Source: an uncultured Pseudomonadales bacterium (GTDB lineage Bacteria > Patescibacteriota > Microgenomatia > UBA1400 > MFAQ01). From it: DNA of 54,549 bases. The position numbers were made by a program, and so were the translations under genes. Shown here piece after piece: positions 43,468 to 52,075 of the stretch; the stretch's first letter is position 1; each line of letters opens with the position of its first letter. Under the pieces are notes generated by a model that was not told the DNA's origin, searched no databases, and saw only the letters and a list, made by a program, of their open reading frames with translations. The DNA is taken from NCBI GenBank assembly GCA_964586045.1, contig CAZPFY010000003.1:1-54549 (forward strand), read 5' to 3'.

Positions 43468-44712
43468 ATGAAAGAAAAACAATACGAAGAACTTAGGTCG
43501 GGTTTGGAGGAAGAGATTACAGTACAGACAGTGTTAGAACGAGCAGTGTTTGATGTTTTACCTGACAAGGAAGGGGTTGCACGGTTAATGGAAGAGAGAC
43601 CAATAAAATTGTATTTAGGGATCGACCCCACTAGTCCAGATTTGCATGTAGGCCATGCGGTACCGCTTCGAAAGTTGAAGCAGTTTCAGGATTTGGGGCA
43701 TGAGGTAACTCTGTTGTTTGGAACTTTTACTGGGAAAATTGGAGACCCAACGGATAAGCTGGCAACTAGGAAAAAGCTTAATGATGGACAAATAGAAACC
43801 AATATTGCAACATATATTGAGCAAGCAGGGAAAATATTAGATTTTTCTGATCGAAGCACTAATCCAGTAAAAATTGTTTATAACGAAGAATGGTTGGGTA
43901 GGATGAATTTTGCTGAGGTGGTGGAGCTAGCTTCAAATTTTTCGGTTCAACAGATGTTGGAGCGTTCTATGTTTCAGGAAAGAATAGCAACCAAGAAACC
44001 TTTGTTTTTGCATGAATTACTTTATCCACTTATGCAAGGAATGGATTCTGTAGCTTTGGGGGTAGATTTGGAGATAGGTGGTAGTGATCAGATTTTTAAT
44101 ATGTTGGTGGGAAGAGATTTGATGAGAAAACTGTCTAACAGGGAGAAATGGGTGATGGCTTTGAAATTGATTGAAGATCCAAACGGAAGAAAGATGGGAA
44201 AAACCGAAGGGAACATTGTAAATGTTATGGATCCTGCCTCTTGGAAATATGAGGCGATGATGACATGGCCAGATGGAGCTATTCCTGTCGGTTTTGAGCT
44301 GTTAACAAACTTGGAAATGCGTATGGTTGACGATTTGAAAAATGGATTGATGGGGGGTGGAGTGGATGTGTTGGAGGCGAAACGAGCAATGGCATACAGA
44401 GTTGTTGCGGAATTTGATGGTGAAGAAGCTGCTGTTATGGCGGAAACAGAGTTTGATTTGGTTCATAAAAATGGCGAGTTGCCGAGTGTAATTAAAAATT
44501 CGCTAATTTATCCCGACTTTGATCTGTATCGCACTTTGGTTTCAAGTGGTTTAGTGAGAAACTATGAAGAAGCCAAACAAGTAGTATCAAACAGATCTGT
44601 GTTGGTTGATAATGCACCAGTGAAGGCTAGTTTTAAAGATTGGAGAAATGGCCAGGTATTAAGTATCGGAAGAAAGGTGATAAAAAATTATAGGAGAATA
44701 GTGATTACCTAG
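43468..44712 (+). CDS. tyrosyl-tRNA synthetase paralog (copy 2)
   Basis: 414 aa; YLGIDPT, HVGH, IGDPTDK, LYPLMQGMD, KMGKT, S4-like C-terminus; Tyr-binding residues (Y34, D78, Y169, Q173, D176 equivalents) appear retained. Confidence 0.85.
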   Translation: MKEKQYEELRSGLEEEITVQTVLERAVFDVLPDKEGVARLMEERPIKLYLGIDPTSPDLHVGHAVPLRKLKQFQDLGHEVTLLFGTFTGKIGDPTDKLATRKKLNDGQIETNIATYIEQAGKILDFSDRSTNPVKIVYNEEWLGRMNFAEVVELASNFSVQQMLERSMFQERIATKKPLFLHELLYPLMQGMDSVALGVDLEIGGSDQIFNMLVGRDLMRKLSNREKWVMALKLIEDPNGRKMGKTEGNIVNVMDPASWKYEAMMTWPDGAIPVGFELLTNLEMRMVDDLKNGLMGGGVDVLEAKRAMAYRVVAEFDGEEAAVMAETEFDLVHKNGELPSVIKNSLIYPDFDLYRTLVSSGLVRNYEEAKQVVSNRSVLVDNAPVKASFKDWRNGQVLSIGRKVIKNYRRIVIT

Positions 44713-44713
44713 C

Positions 44714-44751
44714 TTGACACGGTTGTGTTAATGTGTTAGTATGCTAACACA
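44714..44751 (+). promoter_or_regulatory. promoter with overlapping palindromic operator upstream of the yerC-like gene
   Basis: TTGACA (44714-19), 17 nt, TAGTAT (44737-42); TGTGTTAG-tatg-CTAACACA (44732-51) plus a third TGTGTTA half-site at 44724-30. Confidence 0.6.
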
Positions 44752-44763
44752 GTAAAACAAAAT

Positions 44764-45063
44764 ATGGATAAAACAAATGACTGGAAAAATAGGGATACAA
44801 AGCTTCTTTTTGAGGCTATTTTGAGTTTGAAGTCTGTAAGTGAAATGGAGAGTTTTTTTCGAGACTTGATGACACCACAAGAAATTGAGACTTTTTCGGA
44901 GAGATTTAAGGTAGCGGTGATGCTAACCAAAGGTGTTCCGTATAGAGAAATATATGATAAAACTGGAGTTAGCACAGCGACAATTACGAGGGTGAATCAG
45001 TGGCTGGAGAGAGGCTTGGGGGGTTATAAAATGGCGATATTAAGACTAAAAATAAATAAATAA
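44764..45063 (+). CDS. YerC/YecD-family TrpR-related DNA-binding protein
   Basis: 99 aa; LFEAIL.L....E...FFRDL.TP.E......R..V...L..G..YREI...TG.S.ATITRV pattern. Confidence 0.8.
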   Translation: MDKTNDWKNRDTKLLFEAILSLKSVSEMESFFRDLMTPQEIETFSERFKVAVMLTKGVPYREIYDKTGVSTATITRVNQWLERGLGGYKMAILRLKINK

Positions 45064-45065
45064 AA

Positions 45066-46148
45066 ATGAATAAAGAAGAATTTCTCAAACAACTAGGGGA
45101 TTTGGTAGCCATAAAGTCTTTATCTGGTGATATGGTGGCAAACGCTGCTGGTTTGGACTATGTCGTAAGCCTACTAAATAAAAACTTGTTTTTGGAGAGA
45201 GTAAAAAATGGCAAAGCAGAAGTCTTGATCGCTTCGGTAAATAAAGGTGAAACTCCAAAATTTTGTTATATGGTACATATGGATGTGGTGGCTGGGACAG
45301 ACGACCAGTTTGTTATGAGGATTGAAGATAACAAGGCCTTTGGAAGAGGAACTTGTGACATGAAGTTTTCGATTCCTTTGGGGATATCACTTATTAATGA
45401 GGCAAGCGAGAAAAATGTCGATTTTTGCTTGATGATAACTACCGATGAGGAAATTGGTGGTTTGGAGGGAGCTAAGATAATTGCCGAAAGAGGGTTTGCG
45501 CCAGAGATCTTGATAGTTCCAGATGGGGGAGAAAACCTAAACTTTGTTGATAAGGCCAAAGGAGTGTGCCAGTTGAGATTGGTAGCAAAAGGAACTCCGG
45601 CACATGCTAGTAGGCCTTGGCAGGGGAAAAACGCAATTGATTCTCTAGTGTTACTTGGGTCAAAATTGTTAGATATTTATGGAAAAAATAGTTTACAGGA
45701 AACTTGGGAGACAACTATGAATATCGGAACGATTAATGGGGGAATATCGACTAATCAGGTTTGTCCGGAAGCAGAGATGAAGATTGACTTTCGTTATCCA
45801 GAAACAGATTCAATCGAGAAAATTACTTCGGCCGTCCAGGGAATTGTTGATGGTTTGAAGCTGGATATCGAAGTTTCTAAGATGTCGACAGGACTACCCA
45901 CTTTTACAGATGTGAATAATGCAGAGGTAAAAAAATATTTGAAAATAATGAGTGAAGAGTTTGGACAGGAAATACAAATAAAACAAACCTACGGAGCGTC
46001 CGACGCAAGACACTTCGCCGCTTCTGGATCACCAGTACTCATGCACAAGCCACTGGGGGGGGAGATTCACTCGGCCAATGAATGGGTTGATATTGATTCG
46101 GTCATGATTTTTTATAAAGGGTTACAAAAGTATTTAGGTCTAGTATAA
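45066..46148 (+). CDS. M20-family metallopeptidase/deacylase (ArgE/DapE/ACY1-like)
   Basis: 360 aa; MVHMDVV, GRGTCDMK, TTDEEIGG, dimerisation insert, HSANEW. Confidence 0.8.
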   Translation: MNKEEFLKQLGDLVAIKSLSGDMVANAAGLDYVVSLLNKNLFLERVKNGKAEVLIASVNKGETPKFCYMVHMDVVAGTDDQFVMRIEDNKAFGRGTCDMKFSIPLGISLINEASEKNVDFCLMITTDEEIGGLEGAKIIAERGFAPEILIVPDGGENLNFVDKAKGVCQLRLVAKGTPAHASRPWQGKNAIDSLVLLGSKLLDIYGKNSLQETWETTMNIGTINGGISTNQVCPEAEMKIDFRYPETDSIEKITSAVQGIVDGLKLDIEVSKMSTGLPTFTDVNNAEVKKYLKIMSEEFGQEIQIKQTYGASDARHFAASGSPVLMHKPLGGEIHSANEWVDIDSVMIFYKGLQKYLGLV

Positions 46149-46281
46149 TATAAGATATGAAAAGCGCATTTTGCCTTTACCATCATTACAATTTTTCTCT
46201 TTTGGAGAGAGGGTTGTTTTGATGTTTTTCTAGAAAAAAATGATGCCAACCCCCTCCCCAAAAAGGAGGGGGTTTTGTTTT
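46144..46281 (+). promoter_or_regulatory. second candidate leader-peptide attenuator
   Basis: TATAAT (46144-49), 7 nt, then ORF 46157..46222 encoding MKSAFCLYHHYNFSLLERGLF. GGGTTG (46211-16) is complementary to CAACCC in the 5' arm of terminator AACCCCCTCC-ccaaaaa-GGAGGGGGTT plus T-run (46248-81). Confidence 0.35.
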
Positions 46282-46325
46282 CTGCCCAATAAAAGAGAAA
46301 ACAAGTTCATTAAAAAGGAGTCAAG

Positions 46326-47213
46326 ATGAAAAAGCTGTTTAGATATTTTACGGAAGGGATTACTTCGGAAACGCTGCGGTCAGTTGGTGCAGAGATTGAA
46401 ACTCAGTTTTTTGACAGTATTGGCTTTGCCATATCTACAGAAAAGTCTCAAAAGATGCTTATTTTGTTGACAGAAAAAGAGTGGAGTATCACGGGGAACA
46501 AGGGCAAATTAATTACGTCACTTACGGACAGAGAAGGAAATCAAATTAATTATGAATTGGGTAGACACAATATTGAGATATCGACAGCGCCTTCTAGCCC
46601 AAAAAATATAACTAGAGTGATGAGAAAGTGTTTGGACCAGTTGTATTGGTCGGCCGATTTGGTGGGCGCAGAACCATATTTTGCGCCAATATTTGTCGAT
46701 GATGACGATTTGCTGATGATACCTGATGAGAGAGATGCGACGTGGTTGCAGCTCGATGGAAGATCTGCCTTGGCACCGCTTGCCAAAACATCCTCGGTGC
46801 AGTTTACTTTTTCGGTATCGCCAGGTGAGGCGGTTTCGGTTCTTAACAAATTAGGAAATAAAATAAACTTGTTTTTGGAAGATTATCCTCAAGAAGCTGT
46901 GTGGAGAAGATATATTAAGGATTCGCTTGCCAATTATCGACCAGATCGATATGGTGGCCCAATACTGTTTGATTCGTTGGATGACTATTGTAATAAACTT
47001 GCTAAAAATGATGTGGTAGTCGGTTCTCGTTTGCTGCCCTATGAAAAAGTTGAGAATTTAGATATTCCGTTATATTTGCGAAGCATATGGTGGTATTTCC
47101 GGTTGAAAAGATATGGATCTGATTTGTGTATTGAGGTAAGACCAATTTCTAGAAGAAGAGATGATTTGTTTGATCTTCAACTGAAGAATGTACTGGATAT
47201 AGTCGGAAGTTAG
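46326..47213 (+). CDS. carboxylate-amine ligase, GCS2 (YbdK/glutamate-cysteine-ligase-2)-like, short
   Basis: 295 aa; GAEIETQF, ELGRHNIEISTAP, WWYFRLKRYGSDLCIEVRPIS resemble YbdK blocks GIELEMQ, E..LE..T, HWDIRP...VEVRV (from memory); AAGGAG SD. Confidence 0.45.
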   Translation: MKKLFRYFTEGITSETLRSVGAEIETQFFDSIGFAISTEKSQKMLILLTEKEWSITGNKGKLITSLTDREGNQINYELGRHNIEISTAPSSPKNITRVMRKCLDQLYWSADLVGAEPYFAPIFVDDDDLLMIPDERDATWLQLDGRSALAPLAKTSSVQFTFSVSPGEAVSVLNKLGNKINLFLEDYPQEAVWRRYIKDSLANYRPDRYGGPILFDSLDDYCNKLAKNDVVVGSRLLPYEKVENLDIPLYLRSIWWYFRLKRYGSDLCIEVRPISRRRDDLFDLQLKNVLDIVGS

Positions 47214-47224
47214 TATGGTTTTTT

Positions 47225-47250
47225 ACCGGTCGCCTAAGGCGACCGGTTTT
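47225..47250. terminator. bidirectional terminator (GCS2-like gene / glyQS)
   Basis: ACCGGTCGC-ctaag-GCGACCGGT flanked by T-runs on both strands. Confidence 0.75.
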
Positions 47251-47251
47251 C

Positions 47252-48628
47252 TTATGCCAAATTTTTTCTGAGAAATCCTTGAAGATCATCGACACTGATT
47301 CTTTGTTGAGTAGCTGTGTCGCGGTCTCTTATGGTTATGGTATTGTCCTCTAGGGTTTGGTAGTCGATGGTGACGCAATAGTTGGTACCGATTTCGTCGT
47401 GAGTGTAATAACGTTTGCCAATGTTACCTCTTTCGTCTAGGGCTGTGGGGAATAGAAATCTTATAGAATCGAAAACTTCTCTGGCTTTGGCAGAAATATT
47501 TTCTTTGTTAGCAACTAAGGGGAAGATGGCTACCTTGTAGGGAGAAAGGACAGCAGGAAGTTTGAGAACGACTCTTTGTTTTTCTAAATCCTCGACATAG
47601 GCATTCATCAGGATAATGGTGACCAGACGAGAAAGGCCGAAGGTGGGCTCAATAACGTGAGGAATAAATTTTTCGTTGGTGTAAGGATCGGCGTAACGTA
47701 GATCGACTCCTGATTTTTCGATGTGATTTTTGAGGTCGAAGTCGGTGCGATAGGCCAGACCAAACATCTCTTTGTAACCCCAAGGGAACTGATACTCCAA
47801 GTCTTCGGTGCGAGAGCTGTAGTGGCTAAGTTCTTCTTTGGTGTGAGACCTCCAGCGTAGTTTGGATTCGTCTAGCCCCAGAGAAACGGCAAACTTGTAC
47901 ATTTCGTCTTTCCAGTATTCAAAATGTTTTTCCCATTCTTCGGGCTTTACAAAATATTCAAATTCGGCGAGGTCGAATTCAAGTGTCCTAAAAGTAAATT
48001 TACCCATGGTGATTTCGTTGCGAAAGGCTTTGCCGGACTGAGCTAGACCAAAGGGGAGGCGAGGATGGAGTGAATCTAGGACTTGTTTAAAATCGACAAA
48101 CATACCTTGGGCAAGTTCGCCGCGAAGATAGGCGGTGTTTTTGCCTTCGGTAATGATGCCGATTTGGGTTTCGAATAACTGATTGAAGTTTCTAACTTTG
48201 GTCCAGTTTTGTTTTTTGCATTTGGGACAAGTTATTTTGTTGTCGGCGATGAGCTGGTCTAATTCCGAAAGTGGCTTGCCTTCGACGTTACCAAGATCGG
48301 GTAGGGCATCTTCGACTAGATGATCGGCACGGGTGCGGTAGTTGCAGTCCAAGCAGTCGATCATGATATTGGTAAAACTGGCAGCATGACCGGAGGCTTC
48401 CCAAACTTTGGGACTCATAAGTACGGAGGTGTCTAAACCAAACATGTCTTGTCTGTTAGTGACAAAAGTTTTCCACCAGTGATTGAGAAGATTTCGTTTT
48501 AGCTCGGTTCCCAGAGGACCAAAGTCGTAAGTATTAGCTAAACCGCCATAGATTTCGGAGCCGGCAAAAATGAAGCCGCGGCGTTTAGCTAAGGAAATGA
48601 CTTTGTCGAGTGTAACTTGGTTGTCCAT
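47252..48628 (-). CDS. glyQS: glycyl-tRNA synthetase, homodimeric (alpha2) type
   Basis: Start set at ATG 48628 (MDNQVTLDKVISLAKRRGFIFAGSEIYGG); the 19 extra codons of ORF 47252..48685 are the reverse complement of repeat R13; class II motifs and C-terminal anticodon-binding domain. Confidence 0.9.
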   Translation of the reverse strand: MDNQVTLDKVISLAKRRGFIFAGSEIYGGLANTYDFGPLGTELKRNLLNHWWKTFVTNRQDMFGLDTSVLMSPKVWEASGHAASFTNIMIDCLDCNYRTRADHLVEDALPDLGNVEGKPLSELDQLIADNKITCPKCKKQNWTKVRNFNQLFETQIGIITEGKNTAYLRGELAQGMFVDFKQVLDSLHPRLPFGLAQSGKAFRNEITMGKFTFRTLEFDLAEFEYFVKPEEWEKHFEYWKDEMYKFAVSLGLDESKLRWRSHTKEELSHYSSRTEDLEYQFPWGYKEMFGLAYRTDFDLKNHIEKSGVDLRYADPYTNEKFIPHVIEPTFGLSRLVTIILMNAYVEDLEKQRVVLKLPAVLSPYKVAIFPLVANKENISAKAREVFDSIRFLFPTALDERGNIGKRYYTHDEIGTNYCVTIDYQTLEDNTITIRDRDTATQQRISVDDLQGFLRKNLA

Positions 48629-48652
48629 GATGGATTCTATTATAGCTTGACT

Positions 48653-48689
48653 AGAACTCAAGGAATCAAGAACTCGAGAACTCAAGATG
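48653..48689 (+). repeat. A-rich oligo-repeat R13 (G-substituted variant, divergent intergenic region)
   Basis: agaactcaaggaatcaagaactcgagaactcaagatg. Confidence 0.7.
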
Positions 48690-48746
48690 TGTAGTAAATT
48701 TTTTGCCTGCGAGGATACTCCTCGCAGGTGGTAGAATTGGGAGTTA

Positions 48747-49974
48747 ATGAAAGAGGGAGAGATTTTGAGACCATGTAAAGAGTTTGTTCATCGACCTGAG
48801 GATTTTATGGTGGATAGAGGTGGAATGATAATGGAAGCACTGATTCTGGCAATGACAGTTCATGATGGAGAAAAAAGAAAAACGCCACCATATGAAGATT
48901 ATGTGGAACATTGTGTGGCTGTAGCTAGTATTTTGGAGAGTTGGGGAGGAAGTAACGAGGAGGAACTAGTAGCGGCGTTGCTTCATGACTCTATAGAAAA
49001 TCATCCAGACCTGATAAGCCTTGAGAATATTAGAGAGTTTTTTTGGAGACAGAGTGGCTTTTTTGGTAGATGGAGTAACGAAATTAAAATTGAAAGATAG
49101 AGGAAAAAGTGAGTTTGAGACGATGCGGAAGATAGCGAGAGATAGTTTGATTGATGAAGGGGTGGCCCGGTTGAAACTTGCTGATAGAGTACATAACATG
49201 ATGACGATGGAGGGAATGAAGCCGGAGACGCAAATAAAGAAGGCCAGAGAAACGCTGAAAGTTTATGCTCCTTTGGCCTTATCCTTTGGGGTGTGGGAAG
49301 TGAGAAATCTATTACAAGACCTGTCTTTTCCTTATTTGGATGCGGAAAGGTACTGGAGAGTAAGAAGCGAAGTGGATGGCGACCTTAGGCTACGAGCTGA
49401 TTTTGTAAACGAAGTGGAGAAAATGATTGAAACAAATTTGATAGAAGCTGGGCTGAAAGTTGAGGTGAACCATGTAATTGGGGGATATTTTGAGATTGCT
49501 GAGAAACTTAAAAAAAGGAAATGTAATCTTGACGAAATAAATGAAGTGATAAGTTTTAGGGTGCTACTTACGGATATTAATAGTTGTTATGAAGCGATGA
49601 CGGTGGTGAGGTCTAGGTTGTTGGGATCTTTGGTTGGCGAGATGCATGTTGACTATTTGCAGAAAAGCGCGGTTAATGGCTATAGTGCCTTGGAGGACGT
49701 TTATGAGTTTGGAGAGGGAAGAATTGAAATTTGTTTTACGACGAAAGAACGAGAAAAAGTTAATCAGTGGGGGTTTGGTAAAGAAACCAGAAGAAAAGTC
49801 ATATTTACTCCAAAAGAAGAATTGATATTTTTGAAGCCAGAAGCAACGGGTTACGATTTGGTTAATAAACTGGAAAATGTTTTGAGTAAAGAAGTAATGG
49901 CGATAGTAATAGAAGGTGTTATTTGCGATCTGGGTACAGTGCTTCCCAACGCGAGTTTGGTGGAGATAATATAA
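48747..49974 (+). pseudogene. Rel/SpoT homolog (HD hydrolase plus degenerate synthetase domain), interrupted by a +1 frameshift in a T7 run
   Basis: ORF 48747..49100 carries the HD motif (PYEDYVEHCVAVASIL, AALLHDSIEN). ORF 49021..49974 continues with FGDRVAFLVDGVTKL and a RelA_SpoT-like fold. The frames can only be joined at ttttttt 49038-49044. Confidence 0.7.
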
Positions 49975-49989
49975 AAAGAACTCAAGATG
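49973..49989 (+). repeat. A-rich oligo-repeat R14 (single unit)
   Basis: aaaaagaactcaagatg directly after the Rel stop codon. Confidence 0.5.
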
Positions 49990-50015
49990 TTGAATTTCGG
50001 AATATAATGATTGCT

Positions 50016-50636
50016 ATGGCAAATAAAAAGAAGCTGGTAGAGAAAAAGGAGCAGAGTATAAAAAAACATTTTGGAGTTAAGTTTTGGATTGCGCTGATTG
50101 TGATTTTGGTGTTTTATTTTGTTTTGCTTGGTCTGCAAATGTTTAGAGAGAATAGAATGCTAAGGGAGGCGGCAATAAATAAGTATCCGGTTGTTTTGAA
50201 AAATTATCCTGAAACTGGAAACTGGAAGACTTACAAGAACGACATCTGGACATTTAAATACCCCAAAGATTGGTTAGTGGTAGATTGTGGTAGTAAGGTT
50301 AGTCTTTTAATGGGACCTCAGCTTGAGAATGGACAGAAAATAGACTGTAAAGATGAATATCCTCACCCCAATAAAGCGATTTATGTATTCAGAGGTAAAG
50401 CCGTAGACGAAACGAATGGCTTTGGGAAGGATCCTGAAAACAAGAGAATGGGTTCATTTGAAAAAATTATCATTGATGCAAAGGAAGCTTGGCTTGATAC
50501 TTCTATTTACAATGGTATGTTGTTGCAACAATCAATTTTTGTGAAATTTGGAGAATATGTTGATCATATAAATTTGTGGGAAAAAGAACACAAAGAAACG
50601 TATGACAAGATAATTTCGACTTTTAGGTATTTGTAA
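50016..50636 (+). CDS. membrane-anchored protein, unknown function
   Basis: Start set at ATG 50016 (TATAAT 50003-08, 7 nt upstream; ATG 50007 is also possible); basic N-terminus, one TM helix FWIALIVILVFYFVLLGL, then a ~150 aa extracytoplasmic domain. Confidence 0.5.
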   Translation: MANKKKLVEKKEQSIKKHFGVKFWIALIVILVFYFVLLGLQMFRENRMLREAAINKYPVVLKNYPETGNWKTYKNDIWTFKYPKDWLVVDCGSKVSLLMGPQLENGQKIDCKDEYPHPNKAIYVFRGKAVDETNGFGKDPENKRMGSFEKIIIDAKEAWLDTSIYNGMLLQQSIFVKFGEYVDHINLWEKEHKETYDKIISTFRYL

Positions 50637-50637
50637 T

Positions 50638-51951
50638 CTAGGGAGTGAGGCGTTTGACACCGCGGTAGAGGTAGGTGGCTTCGCGGATGTTGTCGAGACC
50701 TAAAAGTTTCATGATGAAGCGATTTGGGCCAGCACCAAGTCCGCCATGAGGAGGACAACCATATTTGAAGAAGTTGAGGTAGTCTTGAATCGTGTCCAGA
50801 TTGATATTTTTGTCGATGGCGTTTTGTTTTAATTCTTCGTAACGGTGTTCACGTTTGGCGCCACTAGTAATCTCTAAACCGTTCCAAAGTAAGTCAAATG
50901 TTTTGCTAAGCTTAGGATCGTTCTCGTATTTTTGGCTATAAAAAGCGCGTCCTGCGGTGGGGTAGTCAATGACAAAAACAAATTCACTGTTGTGATTAAT
51001 TTTTGCATATTCACCAATACCTTTTTCTTCTTCTGGGGAAAGATCGGCTACTTTGTCGCTAGTGATACCTTTTTCTTTTAAGATTTTTTTGACTTCGGCG
51101 AAGGGGATTCTGGGGAAAGGAAGAGTGGGAACAACTAATTCTCGATTGAAAACCCTTAGGATTTCCTCGCCGTAAACTTCTTTGATTTTGGTAACGATTT
51201 CAACCAGGAGTTTTTCTTCGACATCCATAACCTCATGATGAGATTCGATGTAGGACATTTCTAAGTCGTAACCAGTAAATTCGGTATTATGGCGAGAGGT
51301 GAAGGAGGGGTCGGCGCGAAAAACGGGTCCGATTTCGAAAACTTTTTCTAAACCAGCGGCCATACCCATCTGTTTGTAGAACTGGGGTGATTGGGTGAGG
51401 TAGGCTTTGCGGTCGAAGTATTGAATCTCAAAAAGCTCGGCGCCGCCTTCGCTAGGTGAGGCAGTAGTTTTTGGGGAATGGATTTGGAGAAAGCCATTGT
51501 CAGTTAAAAAATTGGTAAAGACTTGGTCCATTAAAGTCCAAACTTTAAAAATTAGAGAGTTGTGTTCTTTGCGAAGATCGAGATATCTCCAGTCGAGACG
51601 GACATCTAAGTTTGTTTCACCTTCACTTTTTTCGTTGACAGGGATGGGAAGTTCTGGCTCGGCCACACTAAGAACCTCGACGGTGTCGATGAAAACTTCG
51701 ATACCGTTAGGAGCTTGGGCGTTTTCTTTGGCATCACCCTCGATACTAATGACGGATTCGAGAGAAAGGTCGGCAATTTTCTGGAAATTTTCTGTGTTGC
51801 CTTTGATAACCACGGTTTGGACACTGCCGGTAATATCGCGAAGGATGAGGAAGATAATGCCGCCTTGCTTGCGAATGGTTTCGGCAAAGCCGCTTACTTT
51901 GACCTTTTGGCCAAGATTGTTTTTGAGATCGGCGATGTAGGTTCGAGTCAT
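50638..51951 (-). CDS. aspS: aspartyl-tRNA synthetase, archaeal/eukaryal type (class IIb)
   Basis: 437 aa; N-terminal OB fold, FRADPSFTSRHNTEF motif 2, C-terminal GGLGAGPNRFIMKLLGLDNIREATYLYRGVKRLTP; TATAAT (51963-58) 6 nt before the ATG. Confidence 0.8.
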   Translation of the reverse strand: MTRTYIADLKNNLGQKVKVSGFAETIRKQGGIIFLILRDITGSVQTVVIKGNTENFQKIADLSLESVISIEGDAKENAQAPNGIEVFIDTVEVLSVAEPELPIPVNEKSEGETNLDVRLDWRYLDLRKEHNSLIFKVWTLMDQVFTNFLTDNGFLQIHSPKTTASPSEGGAELFEIQYFDRKAYLTQSPQFYKQMGMAAGLEKVFEIGPVFRADPSFTSRHNTEFTGYDLEMSYIESHHEVMDVEEKLLVEIVTKIKEVYGEEILRVFNRELVVPTLPFPRIPFAEVKKILKEKGITSDKVADLSPEEEKGIGEYAKINHNSEFVFVIDYPTAGRAFYSQKYENDPKLSKTFDLLWNGLEITSGAKREHRYEELKQNAIDKNINLDTIQDYLNFFKYGCPPHGGLGAGPNRFIMKLLGLDNIREATYLYRGVKRLTP

Positions 51952-52075
51952 GAGATGATTATAACAAGCTCATAATGACTTTTGTGATTATGAGCGTAGT
52001 TATAAGAGGAAGCGCAGGAAGATATTTTGATAATAATTATTATCAAAAAGATGACGAGCAAGCTCTTATACAGTC

